This document shows positions 1 through 14,396 of a DNA stretch of 64,000 nt, one piece after another (position 1 is the stretch's first letter; every line of letters begins with the position of its first letter). A model generated the notes under the pieces. It made no database searches, was not told the origin of the DNA, and worked only from the letters and a program-made list of their open reading frames with translations. A program made the translations under genes and the position numbers. This DNA comes from Octopus vulgaris (taxonomy: Eukaryota), in NCBI GenBank assembly GCA_951406725.2, contig OX597814.1, forward strand, positions 61,070,001-61,134,000, in the 5' to 3' direction.

Positions 1-599
1 TTTAGCCCCTTATGGGTAATAAAGAAACATATATCATTCAGAGTAGCATGTTGGAGGAGCTGGCCCACACTATGGATGCAGGATAATGGATGCAAGCAGA
101 ATTCATCAACTTATCACATAAATTTTGTTTTTGTTGAGAGAGTGAGGCAGAAAGAGATTAATTACATATTCACACTCACTCACATTCATTTGCATACTCT
201 TAGATAGACAATCCCTCCTGATTGGAATAATGATTGCTAAGAAGTTAAAAAGCTATCATTCTTACTTAGAAACGATTGTTGCCTGAGACTAACTGTATTT
301 GAGTTTTTGTTGGTAATTTTTATTTTGTCTGTTTTTAATTATTTTCATAGCCTTGACACAAAATCAAAATCTAGTTTGACATATCGTGTAGTTGTTTGCA
401 TCTGTCAGACTGAGTTGTAAATTGAAACTTTATTGATTTGATTAAGGGCTTTAATTTCAGTTCCTTCTAAATAATTCTTTGACACATTCCTTGACTTTGA
501 TTGAGTTTGTTAAGGTTCAGTTTTGTTATAAATAATCTTTATTGTAACATACACCCATACACACACACACACGCCCACATGTAAACATATATACATATA

Positions 600-632
<33 letters not shown>

Positions 633-641
633 GTATTTATG

Positions 642-683
<42 letters not shown>

Positions 684-1561
684 AATGTGTTTATATATGT
701 ATGTATTTATATGTGTGTGTGCATACATACATAAGAGCAAAGGAATCTGATGCGCCTCCTCCAAATTCAATCTATTAATGGCATATTGAAAATTGCTAAC
801 TCATTCCAAAGATTCTCCATCTGAGATTCTTTAAATGAATATAAGCACAAAACATCTCAACCACGTTTTTATAAACCCTGGGAACTGAAAAGGTTATACA
901 ATTATCTTATCAACCAGCTTCAACTTCATTAAGAACTCAAATCTAAAAAAAAACCATACATACATACATACATACATATACACACACATACATGCATGCA
1001 TGCATGTATGATTATCTTGAGATTTAAGTTCTTAATGCAGTTCAAGCTGGTTGCTAACAAAACAGTTCCGCTTTTTAAGTTCCCAAAGTTTGTAAATATG
1101 TTGTTGAGTTGTTGTGTACATATTTTCATATAAAGAATGCATGCATTTTATAAATGTTCAGTGTCACATTCATTAAAGTCCTCTTACATAGTTTTTAAAT
1201 GAAAATTGTTCCCTAGATTAATAGTTTTTTTGGGTTTTTTTTATTATTTTGCGTTGTTACTGAAACATGAAATCACCGAATGTAGAATACAATTACATAT
1301 ATTACAATGAATTGTTTTATTTAATATGAGAGAAATGAGTTAAAAATCGTTTGGTATGTGTCACAGCACTTTTTTTTACGTCTTCACACCCACTAACTTT
1401 AGAACCTGGCCACACCTCTGTATGTGCTTATGTATGTGTGTGTATGAATATGTTCAGTATATAATATTTTTGAATAATTAAAGGAAATCAGATATTCATA
1501 ATTAACTGATCTTCCTGTATTTTCTTTTGCCTAAAGCCAGGAACTTTTCACAACCCTCTCG

Positions 1562-1595
<34 letters not shown>

Positions 1596-1607
1596 TGCAT
1601 ACATACA

Positions 1608-1816
1608 CGAGGGGTTACTGAAAAGTACCTGGGTATCACAAAAAGCCTGGTGGGAGGCTCAACCTTCCAAGTTCTTTTACAGGGCTTAGAAAAATTGAAG
1701 GACCGCTGCAATGAGTGTTTGAATCTGAGTGGGGAATATGTTGGATAAAATCACAATTAACTGATCTTCCTGTATTTTCTTTTACCCAAGGCCAGGAACT
1801 TTTCAGCACCCCCTCG
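1608..1816 (+). mobile_element. Mariner-derived MITE (with a second orphan 3' end at about 1497-1561)
   Basis: TIRs CGAGGGGTTACTGAAAAGT / ACTTTTCAGCACCCCCTCG followed by TA; retains the transposase C-terminus QGLEKLKDRCNECLNLSGEYVG*. Confidence 0.8.
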
Positions 1817-2845
1817 TATATGTATATAGATGTATAAAGGGTCTCACTTGTTGATCCTCTTCTCTACCACTACCAACTCTTACCTCTACGGACACTCTAC
1901 CTCTCTCCACTGGACTTTTTACCTTTACGGACACTTACCCTCTGGTTGCACCTCTCCCACACACGGATCACAGTGACTATATTATATAGTTGTATGTGTG
2001 TATGTATACATGCACACTCACACACACACACACACTCACAATTGGCTTCTGCACAGTCTTTGTCTACCTAATTCCACTAAAAACACATTAGTCAACCTGA
2101 GGCAACAGTTGAAGACACTTGCCCAAGGTTTATCATCCATTTAGCTAAATATCATTTATCTTTCTTTGTCTAAATTCTAAAGCCTTTTACTTTATTCTAC
2201 CTTAAACAAGAGATGTCAACTGCAATTCCTAACACTAGGTTTGTTATATATATCTTTTACCTTTTTTCAGTCATTTGACTGCAGCCATGCTGGGGCACCA
2301 CCTTGAAGAATTTTTAGTTGAATGAATCGACCCCAGTACTTGTTTTCTTTTAAGCCTCATACATATTTTATTGATTTCTTTTTGCTGAACTGCTAAGTTT
2401 TGGGGACATAAACACACCAATATCGGTTGTCAAGCAGTGGTGTGGTACAGACACAAAGATACACACTCATATGGATATATATATAGTTGAACCGTCCAAC
2501 CCGTGCTAGCGCGAAAAACGGACGTTAAACGATGATGATGATGATACATATATATATAAAATTAAATAAGGGTAGAAATTGATATTAATCAATTAAAACC
2601 AGTGACCTAGCATATTTATGCAGATGTTTATGTATTCATATACGTAAGTTATTAACAAGTGAAACTAATTAGTACATAGGTAATCGCTTTTTATTTCATA
2701 TACTTTCATTTGTCTTGCTTATTTTTACGCTTTGGTTTTTTGCTGAATTTTTTCTTGAGAACATTCTCCGTGGAAAATGGCAATTTTGACGTCTTTATCA
2801 GGCATACAGGCTGTCCACTTTTAGTGGTAAATCCTCTAAATTTTG

Positions 2846-2881
<36 letters not shown>

Positions 2882-3521
2882 CACACACACACATATATAT
2901 GACAAGCTTCTTTCAGTTTCCATTTACCAAATCCACTTACACGGCTTTGGTTGGCCTGAGGCTATATTAAAAGACATTTGCTCAAGGTGCCATGCAGTGG
3001 AACTGAACCCAGATCCATGTGGTTGGAAAGTAAGCTTCTTACTACACAATCACTGTCAGCATGGACAACAGACATTAAATGATGATGATGATGATAATTG
3101 TACTTTTAACTTTTGTAATGTACTTCATACAATATAATATTGTTATTCTTTACAACATAGAGCAGACAGTTGACTACAGTTATCACACTATTGTATGTAG
3201 TGAACAAATCTAATCTAAAATAGTTGTCATACTTAACATATACATGTTGTTAATAGGCCAGTTGTATTTGTCCTGAGATTACATCTCTAATGGACTTGCT
3301 GTGTTAAAAACAATAAATGTCAGAGAGGGACAGAAATTAACCCCAGCAGCTTTTAGTGAGAGTACCAGATGCATTTCAGCTTTTTTAGGCATTTTTAATA
3401 CATGTATTCACCGCCAACCACATGTTTGGCTGAAAATTCATTGCTTCTGACATAGGAAAATGTGAACAAAACATTCACTGATGTTGTGAATAGCTGTCTT
3501 GTTGATTAAAAGTTTGGTATA

Positions 3522-4280
3522 CGAGGTGGTATCAAAAGGTTCCCGGACTAGTTATGGAATCTGGCTTGGAAGTTGTTTTCCATAAGTGAGTCGAGGACCT
3601 TCAGCAATTCACTCTAGATCTCAACAGAGATGTTAAGACAGTGACCTTTGAGCTGCATTTTCATCTTGGGGAAGAGATGGGAGTCCACAGGTGCTAAATT
3701 TGGTGACTAGTAGTTTTGGGCAAGAGACCTGTGAGTAAGGAGAGCTTGGTGAAGAATCCAATTCTTTGCACTCCACAAATCCAGTCGCTTTCACTAGATG
3801 TCCTCTCTCAAATGTTTCAAAATGTTGCAGTAGAACTCTCAATTAATGGTTTGGCCCTGGGGATAAATTCTCGATGTACAATATCACATTTCTGGGGGTG
3901 ATGCTCATGGCAGGTCTTCCAGATCATTCATCGTTTTCCAGAGATATTCTTCTGCTTTTAAAACACTCATGCCACTCAAAACATCATGTACAACCCATTG
4001 CATTGTTGTTGTGAGCTTGCCGAAGCATGTCCAATGTCTTTGTAGCAAATTTCCCAATTTTAATGCAAAATTTCACATTGTCTCTTTGTTCCTGTCAAAA
4101 TCATAGACTACAATATACATGTGATCACAAAAACACAAATTTTACAACTTACGAACTAGACACAGTGATGTCACACTGCCACATGAAAGTTACTGCTAGC
4201 TCTCACTGCGCATACAACTGTGTGCTGCTATCTGTTGGCACGCTACAGAATTAGTCCAGGAACTTCTTGATATCACTTTG
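3522..4280 (-). mobile_element. Internally deleted mariner DNA transposon
   Basis: TA-flanked TIRs CGAGGTGGTATCAAAAGGTTCCCGGACTA / TAGTCCAGGAACTTCTTGATATCACTTTG; minus-strand remnants PNLAPVDSHLFPKMKMQLKG (YSPDLAP motif) and SGRP. Confidence 0.85.
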
Positions 4281-4684
4281 TATTCAGTTGATGTGGTATT
4301 TAATTAAAATAGTCTTCCACATATCAGCCTATCAACAATGTGTATACATTATGATTAGGCAGCAAGCTGACAGAAACGTTAGCATGCTGGGCAAAATGCT
4401 TAGCAGTATTTCATCTATCTTTACATTCTGAGCTCAAATACCACCGAAGTCAACTTTGCCTTTCATTCTTTCAGGGTCAATAAATTAAGTACCAGTTGCA
4501 TACTGGAGTCAATCTAATCGACTGGCCCCCTCCCCAAAAATTTCGGGCTTTGAACCTAGAGTAGAAAAGATTGTGATATGTTGATGGTTGTTCTGATTAA
4601 ATACTGCTTAAGTTGTGTCTACCAGATTTATATTTATAATCTGTTCTCTCTGTCATTTACCTTTTACATGATACCTTTCCACAG

Positions 4685-4773
4685 CATGGTGACACTACAG
4701 CCGATGTGAGGACTTCAAGCACTGCTTCTCATACTGATAACATCCGTTCCATTTATGGACCTTCTGTAGCCAG
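4685..4773 (+). CDS. MLH1: MLH1 coding exon (equivalent to human exon 8), first exon visible in the window
   Basis: cag|CAT...GCCAG|gtaaga; 89 bp; translates HGDTTADVRTSSTASHTDNIRSIYGPSVAR, matching human [30 protein letters not shown] (recalled). Missed by the ORF track. Confidence 0.93.
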
Positions 4774-5364
4774 GTAAGAATCACTCTTAACCATGCTTGC
4801 ATGCAAAAACAAGTTGGAGAATTACTTTAGTGTAATGGCATCACAACTGTCCAGGATAGAGTAGATGCATGGTTCAAATCCTGTTGGGAGCTAATTTTTC
4901 TCTCCAAGAGAGTTTTTTTTTTACTAAATGTATTTTGAGCTATTATTTATAGGTACATTGGCATTCAAGATAACTTACAGAGATTTATTTTCATGTGTGT
5001 GCACTTGTGTACATGCTGTTTTTGCTTTCTATATGTGTCTGTGTGTGGTACAAACAATTCAAGATTAAAAATAATAACAATGTGCAACTATCCATGTATA
5101 TATATATATAAGACCCATCAAGCCAAGTAAAATCGCAGTCATAGCAGATACTGGTGTCATGCAAGTGGCACGTAAAAACACCCATTACATTCTCGGAGCA
5201 GTTGGTTTTAGGAAGGGCATCCAGCAGTAGGAACCATACCAAATCAGACTGGAGTCTGGTGCAGCCTTCCAGCTTGCCAGCCCTGGTCAAACCATCCAAC
5301 CCATGCTAGCATGGACAACAGACGCTAAATGATGATGATGATAATGATGACATATATGTATTTT

Positions 5365-5396
<32 letters not shown>

Positions 5397-6321
5397 TGTT
5401 TGTATATATTCTTATTGATATTTAGTAGAAGTAACAGAGTGACTCAAGGTCTGAGGGTTTCATGCATTAGCACTTGCCAAGCTAGTTACAGGTTGAAGAC
5501 CTGTGAGTTTATGTAGCTGGTAATAAAGATATTTCCCTCTGGATTGTTCTAGGTCGAATTTTAAAATCATAATAATGTCATGTGGGTAATTCGAATAGTT
5601 TTCTCATTATTGCGTTCGGTAAGCAAGCATAGATAAAGAAGTGAGCAAAGTAATAAAAAGAGAGAAAACGTGTGTGTGTGTGTGTGTCCTTATCTTGTCA
5701 TCCCATGATTGTTGTAAATGATTGTCACTCATACTTGTAATGTCTTTCATTCCATTTCCAATGTTCTGTGAAAACATGTTTGACAATGGGGAAATGTTAC
5801 TTTGCTTGGAAACAGTTAAGGGTTGGCAACAGGGAGGATAGCCAGCTGGAGAAAATCGGGTGCGATAAACTCTATCCTACCTGCGCACGCATGGATAAGG
5901 GGACATTAAAAAATGATGATGATGATGATGATGATGTGTGTGTGCATCTTGTAGTAAAACATGTAAACATTGATAAGGAATCTCATAGACTAGTGTTTTT
6001 TTGAATGAAAATCATTTGTGATGTTTGTTCCACCCGAGTTGCACAGATAACCTCTTGTTGCTCTCTTTATGACTGACTCATTGGAAACCTTTAACCATTA
6101 CATGGCTATCACATCTACTTGATCAAAGGGGCTGATGCATAATTTGGTTTTCATGTCTTCATCATTTGCTAAATTTGAACAGATGGTAGGGTATTGTGAG
6201 GAACATGGTAAGGGTAGCAGGTAGGGAGGAAAGTAAGATGTTTATTCCATGTTAAGTATTACCATGTTCCTAATTTTCTCCCAAAATAATCATTGTTGTA
6301 TTTGTGTTCCATTCCTACTAG

Positions 6322-6434
6322 GGAACTGTTGGAGGTCCAGCATGAAGACGAGAAGCTCAAGTTTAAAATGCATGGTTTCTGTACCAATGCTAATTATTCT
6401 ACCAAGAAGTGTATTTTCCTCTTGTTCATTAACC
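6322..6434 (+). CDS. MLH1: MLH1 coding exon (human exon 9 equivalent)
   Basis: tag|G GAA CTG...ATT AAC C|gtaagt; 113 bp; [37 protein letters not shown]; phase 2 in, phase 1 out, compatible with both neighbours. Confidence 0.96.
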
Positions 6435-7503
6435 GTAAGTATCTCTCTCTCTCTCTCTCTCTCTCTCGTTACCTATCTACATATTTATCTTATTATTGCT
6501 TTCTATATCTCTCCATTTCTTTTTCTTGTTCTCTCACTCTTTCCATATATATGTGTGAATGTATGTATATTTATGTTTATGTATGTAGGTATGTATACAA
6601 GCCTTCTTATTCACCACTTACTAAAAAAGAGTGATGAGAGGGTATCAAGCCATTTATCCTAAGGGGATAAATGGCTTGAGGGGGAAAATCATTAAATTCA
6701 ATTGAGATAAGTTCTGAGCATTAAAAGAACAAAAGTGGAGGGCGTCAAACTCCATGTGACAACTTGGCCTTCAATATATCACACAAAGCCAAATTAACCC
6801 AAAACAACTGTGGCATTTGTCCTGGGATAAAATGTCTTATAGACATTCTGTGTTAAATAATTTTCATTTGCTCCTGATATGTTTTTGTGTCTTTTAACAC
6901 ACTATGTTTATTAGAGACTTTATATCAGGACAAATAGCGCAATAAATTTGGCTTTCTGCATTATGTATGATACACAGATTACTGTTTTTTTATAATTATC
7001 TTAAAAAGATAATGCCTTGCATGGCCACTGTACAATGACTGAAATCAGTAAACGGATAAAGATTTAAGTGTTATATTATAGCAGGGATCTTGAACTTATG
7101 GCATTTCAACGTTGCTGTTCAAATCTATGGAAAAATACCTCTTACTTTATAAGTTCTCAATTAACAAGAGATAATTAGCAATAAATGAGCTTGTAAAAGT
7201 GAGAACTACCGATGTATAACAGAAATGGTAGAGCGTCCAATAAGATGCTTGTTTTTAAATTCTGAGCAAAATCCTTCTGATGTCAATTTTACCTTCCATT
7301 CTCATAATCAAGAATTGGAATAAGTTTAGTTGATTATACCTTCCTATATAAATTTATGGCCTTCTGCTAAAGTTAATCAATATTGACAGGGGAAAAAAAT
7401 CAGTCTTTCATGTAACCAAACACATCATGTACTTGATTAGTTATTATTAGTTATTGGTATTTCATATATACTGGCTTTGGCTAACTATTTCTTTTCAGAT
7501 TTC

Positions 7504-7559
7504 ATTATTATTATTTTTTATTATTATTATTATTATTATTATCATTATTATTATTATTA

Positions 7560-7598
<39 letters not shown>

Positions 7599-7616
7599 GA
7601 TAATAATAAAAATAAC

Positions 7617-7654
<38 letters not shown>
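7504..7654. repeat. (ATT)n followed directly by (AAT)n
   Basis: Direct reading. Confidence 0.95.
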
Positions 7655-8453
7655 GGCTATGAGTGGGCAAAATGGTTGGCATGTTAGGTAGAATGCATCT
7701 GCCTTTACATTCTGAGTTCAAATTCCACTGAGGTTCACTTTGCCTTTCATCCTTTCGTAGTCAGTAAAATAAGTCCAAGTTGATCACTTGAGTTGATTTA
7801 ATTGACTTAACCCCACCCACTAGATTGACTTCAATTTTCATCCTTCCAGAATCTATAAAGAAAGAACTATTTTGGTGCGCTGTACTGAGAACAGTCTCTG
7901 AGCTGCATTAAAGAGGCCAAGAAAGTAGCACGTCAAGTGCTTTTGCGGGCACTGAAGCAGCCAATACGTGACCTTTAGTCATGGCCCCACTGATCCTTTC
8001 TCCACCACTCTGTGAATTTGCTAAAATAAGAATAACCATGAGCCAGTGAGAAAGCCTCTATATGACTTACTTGGCCTGCTACAAAAAGCAGCCAAATCTA
8101 TTTCAAATCACACCTTACAACATTAGAAATGGTAGGACACATTGGATAATAAATCCATTGATATACTGTGTCTGATAAAGGAAAAAATAACAGGACAGTC
8201 ATGGCTGGAATATCTTTGATTATAGGTTTACTCAGTTCCAGCTGACCTGCAGCTAAGCAACAACAACCACACCACATCATACCATGTCATATGACATGAT
8301 TCTACCATGTGATTTGTACATATGAACCAGCCTTCACTTTTCTGTTTATAACCTTTGAAAACTAGATGGCAGAACCTCACACTAGCTGACCAATAAAAGC
8401 ACATCTAGTTATACAACCTCCTGAAAGCAGGCCCACCAAGCAAGTGTCTACGT

Positions 8454-8952
8454 CAGTGGTTCTCAACCATTTTTGACCTGTGCACCCCTTTGATACCTAT
8501 CTTGCTCTACTGGACCCCAATAAACATTCAATGTTTAACCCTTTAGCATTCAGATTATTCTGTCTAATGTGAAGCTTATTTATTCACATTGTCTTGAATT
8601 AATCAGGCATCTTTCAGCTTCAAGATTTTGATGATGCAATTATTTATTATTAAAATGACATTATAGGGTAGATGTGAAGTGCCAGATCTGGCCAGTTTGA
8701 ACATAAAACAGGTAGAATTTTTGGGCCTGATACACCTGGTTTAAATGCTAAAGGGTTAAAAAAAGTCCCATAATATTTTTATGATTAAATATTATTAGGA
8801 ATTGTATTTAAAAAATGTTAAATTATTTCATGCATTGTAGAAGTATAAAAGATTTATTGCAGATAAATTTTAACAACAAAATCTGATATGGACCCCCACC
8901 AAGGGCCACGTGAACCACCAAAGGCCATCTAGACCCTGGTTGACAACCACTG
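8454..8952. mobile_element. hAT-type MITE containing a nested piggyBac-type MITE
   Basis: TIRs CAGTGGTTCTCAACCA / TGGTTGACAACCACTG; decayed 8-bp flanks gtctacgt/ctctgcat. Confidence 0.75.
8539..8755. mobile_element. piggyBac-type MITE (family copies at 13935-14138, 15342-15544, 61956-62175)
   Basis: TTAA TSD on both sides; TIR CCCTTTAGCATT / AATGCTAAAGGG; about 210 bp; four related copies in the window. Confidence 0.8.
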
Positions 8953-10053
8953 CTCTGCATCATTCCTTGACCTGTTAAAAATAGAAGTCAAATCTCACAA
9001 ATTATACCATACCATCTTAAATAAGGAAAGGATACATTAGATAATATAGTCATATATAGTTCTAACAACATGGGATGTTCACAAATGCAATGTTTTTGAA
9101 AACAGGTCTGCTTGTTCATAATTGACCGAGGGCTAAACAATTGCAACCTGCTCAGCATAATCATCAAAACTCTCGTTCAACAATTGCCCAAGCATTTCAC
9201 AACAGAAATGAAATGGTACATTTGAAAATACTGATAAATTGTTTCATTATGGCACTGGTATGACTGTGTGGTAAGGAGTTTGCTTCTCAACCAGATGGTT
9301 CCAGGTTCAACTAAACTCTTCGAGGTAGTGCCCCAGCATGGCCACAGTCCAATGGCTAAAACATGTAAAAGATAAAAGATAACAGCCATCTATATCACCC
9401 CAGCATTTTTATGACAATTATGAGTTCAGTACCCAGAAGACACAAACTGGGTGTGGAATATCTTGCTGAACTCTCAGTTTATATCCAGTTATATCTTTTA
9501 TCTTTAACTTGTTTCAGTCATTTGACTGCAGCCTTATTGGAGCACTGCCTCAAAGAATTTAGGCAAACAAATCAACCCCAGTACTTATTTTTATAACTCA
9601 CGTGCTTATTCTGTCAGTCTCTTTTACTGAACCACAAAGCTATGAGGAACATAAACAAACCAATATTGATTGTCAAGCATTGGTAAAGGACAAATACAAC
9701 ACAGACAGAAAGTCTCACATACATATACATATGTATAGGCTTCTTTCAGCTTCTGCCTACCAAATTCATTCACAAGGCTTTATTTACCTGGGACTATAGC
9801 TAGAAGACACTTACCCTTAGGTGCAACACTGTGGGACTCAACTCAGAGCCATATGGTTGGGAAACAAACTTCTTAAGCACAAAGCCTATATTTTTTAACT
9901 TGTGTGTCATCACAGCTCTTTAAACATTATTTGCTGTCTAAAAGAATAAAATGGTAATTGTTGTAGTCATTTGTTTATGATCAAATAATAAATTGACCAT
10001 AAACAGCTACTACAGTCATGTCAAAAGTGATTGCTCTTCTGGTTCTCTTACAG

Positions 10054-10301
10054 ATCGACTTGTTGAGTCTTCTGCCTTGAAGAAAGCTCTAGAAGTTGTA
10101 TATGAAGCCTATTTACCCAAGAACTCTCACCCATTTATGTACATCAGTTTAGAGATAGCACCTCAGAATGTTGATGTTAATGTTCACCCAACCAAACATG
10201 AAGTCCATTTTCTCAATGAAGACAGTATTATTGAAAGTGTACAGAAAGCTGTCGAGACAAAACTATTGGGATGCAACTCATCTCGAACATACTTCACACA
10301 G
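10054..10301 (+). CDS. MLH1: MLH1 coding exon (human exons 10+11 as a single exon), MutL transducer domain
   Basis: cag|AT CGA...ACA CAG|gtatct; 248 bp; [64 protein letters not shown]...SRTYFTQ, with the MutL DVNVHPTK motif. Confidence 0.98.
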
Positions 10302-12029
10302 GTATCTTTGAAATTGTCTTTGCATATTTTTTTAATTTGTTTTTTATTTTCAACTGACTGTGACCGCAAATTACTACTGTCTGTTTTCATAAATTGAATA
10401 GTGAGGTCAAGACTTATTTTCTTGTCATGCTACCAGAACGAAAGGATATTATCACGTGTTCTTGCAGGAAAAAAGAAAGTAAACTATGAATGTTAATCTT
10501 AATTTTAATTTTGATTTATTTTTTTTAATAGTTCTTTTCTCTTTACATATTCCATTTTAGTACATATTTTTCATAAAGTTTTTCAAAAACCAAAACATGT
10601 AAAAGGAGAATTAAAATGTACCCAATTTTAAGAAAGTAGCATTTTCGTTCTTGTTTTTCATAAATATATATATATATATACAAACATACATATGTATATA
10701 GTTGTGTGTGTGTCTGTATTTGTTCCCCACCACCACCATTGCTTGACAACTGATGCTGGTGTGTTTATGTCCCCATAACTTAGCAGTTTGGCAAAAGAGT
10801 CTAGAATAAGTACTAGACTTACAAAGAATAAGTCCTGAGGTCGACTTCTTCGACTAAAACCTTTTAAGGCAGTACTCCAACATTGCCACAGTCAAAATGA
10901 CTGAAACAAGTAAAGGAGTAGAATATATATATATCATCATCATCATTATTTAATGTGCATTTTCCATGCTAACATGAATTGGAATGATTTGAGAGGAACT
11001 GGTAAGCCAGGTAAGAGAGCTACATCAGGCTCCATTTGTCTGTTTTGGCGTGGTTTCTATGGCTGGATGCCTTTCCTAATGCCAGCCACTTTACAGAGCA
11101 GTAAAAGAATTAGCTCTCTGAACCTTGTGCAGCCCATTCTTATTCTAGTAACTGTACTTGCAATGCATCCTCCTCCACTGCTAACTTGGTCACCTAGGTA
11201 ATAGAAGTTATCTACTTCTAAGGATCCCCACCAGATATTTCAGGAATGCTATTTATATATGTATGTATACACACACACGACACTGAACCTTTCAGGTAAG
11301 ATGACAAAGGACTGAGATACCTGGTGCCTTGCCGTACTCAAGAAGAACTGTACTTCACAGCAGAAGTGTTAAGACCGATCCTGTGGATGGTATAAGGCAC
11401 TCATAACAGTGCCACATAAAAGCACCTGTGCAGTCCCATTTAAAAGCACCTGTGCATGGGCACATGAAAGTGCCCATTCCATGCCACATAAAAGCACCCA
11501 GCACACTTTGTCAAGAGGTTGGTGTTAGGAAGGGTATCCAGCCGTAGAAACCATGCCAAATCAGCGTGGAGTCTGGTGCAGCTCCCCAGTTCACCAGCTC
11601 TGGTCAAACCATCCAACCCATGCCAGCATGGACATTAGACATTAGATGATGATGATGATAGTATATTTATATGTCTGTGTGTGCATGTGTTACTGTCTCC
11701 TTGCCTTGACTTCACGTGATAGTTTTAAACAAGTTTCATTGTCATGAAAGTGGTGTCCTTCACTTCCAGACTTCCATGAAGACATGCTCAGTCATAGGAA
11801 ATATTACCTTACTTGATAACATGTGAGGGTTGGCAACAGGAAGAGCATCCATCTGTAGAAAATCTACCTCAACAAATTCTTTGACCTATGCAATTGATGA
11901 TGATGATGATGATGTAGTAGTAGTAGGAGGAGGAGGAGGCTGTCTACCATCAGTTTATTGTTCTTTCTTCAGCTAACATAGCTTGCACAGTCTTATTATT
12001 TGCACACGTAAATCCTTTCTTTTCTGCAG

Positions 12030-12099
12030 GCTTTGCTTCCAGGGGTCACAACAAATCTGGACACTGAGCCTAAGAAAACATCAGAGGGCTCTAACCAAG
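12030..12099 (+). CDS. MLH1: MLH1 coding exon, start of the linker
   Basis: Polypyrimidine tract + cag|GCT TTG CTT CCA GGG...CAA G|gtaaat; 70 bp; ALLPGVTTNLDTEPKKTSEGSNQ, continuing the conserved YFTQ-xLLPG motif; phase fits the next exon. Confidence 0.9.
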
Positions 12100-13339
12100 G
12101 TAAATAACTCTCTACTTCAATCCTTCTTCATTTACTAGTTTACAACAAAAGTGACAGCACTTTCTCTCTCTTTCTCAGTTTAAGACAAGGGGCAACAGAT
12201 CAAAATGTTAGTCTTCATTCCTTGCATTAACTCAGCTTATAAAATTCTTCTAAGTAACTCTCAGATTTATTAAACCTTAGTAAAATGAGATGTAAAAATA
12301 GTCAATATACCCCTCTGGACTTGGTACAACTTTGTCTTTCTTCCTTTTAGATGAAAGGTAAAGTTGGCCCTGAGATTTGAACTCAGTAAGCAATGAGTTA
12401 GAACAAATATTGCATTGCAGTCTATCCAGCACTCTAACAACTCTGCCAATTCCCTCACAATTAGGTGAGGATGGCCATTGCTAATATTTCTGAGCAAATA
12501 AAGTGGCCAGCTGGCAGAATCATCAGCACACCAGGCCAAATGCTTAGCAGCATTTCATCTGTCTTAATGTTCTGAGTTCAAATTCTGCTGAGGTTGACTT
12601 TGCCTTTCATCCTTTCATGGTTGACAAGATAAGTACCAGTTGAGGACTGAGGTCAATAGAATTGACTTACCCCTTCCTCGATATTGCTGGCTTCATGCCA
12701 GAATTTGAAACTAATATTTCTGAACAAATAAGGTGGTGAGCTGGCAGAATTGTTAGCATGCTGGGCAAAATGCTTAGCAGCATTTCATCCATCTTTATGT
12801 TCTGAGTTCAACTTCTGCTGAGGCTGACTTAGCCTTTCATCCTTTTGTGGTCGATAAAATAGGTACCAATTTAGCACTGGGGTCAATCTAATTGACTTAC
12901 CCCTCTCCTGAAATTGCTGGCCTTGTGGCAAAACTTGAAACCATATTTCTGAGCAAATACTTAATTTAGTTAATTACTTCTGTAGATCTAGTTTTAACTG
13001 GCACTCCATCACTTATAACGCTGAGGGTTCCAGTTGATCAAATCAGTGGAAATGCTCGTGAAATTAATATGCAAGTGGCTGAGCACTCCACAGACGTGCA
13101 TACTCTTAATGTAGTTCTCAGGGAGGTTCAGTGTGACATAGAATGTGACAAGACTGGCTCTTTTGAATTACAGATACAACTCATTTTCGCCAACTGAGTG
13201 AACTGGAGTAATGTGAAATAAAGTGACTTACTCAAAGACACAATGTACCACCAGAAATTGAACATGTGATCTTATGATCATGATCCTAATACCCTAACCA
13301 CTAAGCCATGTGCCTTTACATCTAGTTAAGCCAGGTTAA

Positions 13340-13880
13340 TTAGAGCAACCCAATAGCACAAACAGTAATAAAGCCAAGTCCATTGTGGATGATTCTGTTG
13401 GCATGGCCAGGACTAATTTGCATCTTATTTGCCATTTTATCAATAGTCACCAATCTGTTCAACAGAAACCATGTCATGGATTCCTTCATTGCTGTCATCA
13501 CCACAAGACATGGCTGAATATCAGCTTGATGCATGACATATGACCATTTTAGAATTTTTTTCAATGCATTCGTAGACAGTTCATAGTGATTAAACACTAT
13601 TCTGATACAGTGCTGAAAGTTTCCAGCGGATACACCTTTGACTCACAGAAATCAATCATTGAACACCGTTTTTAAAATGAACAGAAAGCAGAGCAGAGTG
13701 GCCATAGTAATAACAATGTAATAACTAATAACAATGACAACTAAATTGACATTTTAAGTTCAAACTAACACTGTATTGACTGGAAGGAGACAATGTTTAG
13801 TGATGTACATGCAACTAATCTTCCTGCCAATGGAAAAAATTATAAATGCAATGCTAATAATAAATGACTCACCACAATAT
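13340..13880 (-). mobile_element. Mariner transposase 5' remnant
   Basis: NRLVTIDKMANKMQISPGHANRIIHNGLGFITVCA resembles the mariner second HTH preceding the WVP motif. Confidence 0.7.
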
Positions 13881-14142
13881 TGGGAGGTTTTTTTTGTTTG
13901 TTTTTATTTCAGAATATGTCTCAGTTTTGTTTAACCCTTTCATAATCAGATTTAATGCTTATTTATTCAGATTACTTTGAATTAATCAGATGTTATCTCA
14001 TTGCTTTGAGATTTTAATAACATGATTATTTATTTTTATAATTATATTGTTGGTTAAGTCCAAGAGGCAGGATCTGACCAGTTCAAACATAAGGCAGGAA
14101 TATTTTGGCCAGATATGACCAGTTTAAATGCTAAAGAGTTGA

Positions 14143-14396
14143 CCCCTTTGATACCAACATACCAGAGACTGCCCCTGACTCTGGTACAAACAACTTGTTT
14201 TCAAGAGTCCTGAATTAAAATCTTCCATCAGAACTTAACATCAATTTATGATCCAAACACCACTCAATAATGACAAAGTTATTTTACTAAATCAATAATA
14301 AATCTTAGAGCGATTATTTTACTAAATTCTTCATTATTTTCAAAATTAATTAAAGCAAAAACAGAGTCTCTCAACAAAAATATGGTAACAAGAGGG
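14143..14396. mobile_element. Second TTAA-type MITE family, directly upstream of an MLH1 acceptor
   Basis: CCCTTTGATACCA...TGGTAACAAGAGGG-TTAA termini. Confidence 0.6.

Noticed and set aside
2617-2678. Possible hammerhead (TATG CAGATGT ... GAA ACTAATTAGT A CATA)
   Set aside because: A palindromic stem III and GUA are present, but there are two core mismatches and no stem II adjacent to GAAA; too degenerate to call.
1-4684. Search for the short MLH1 exon equivalent to human exon 7 (YSVHNAGISFSVKK)
   Set aside because: No convincing AG..GT-bounded match found by eye; probably upstream of the window, though a diverged 43-bp exon could be missed.
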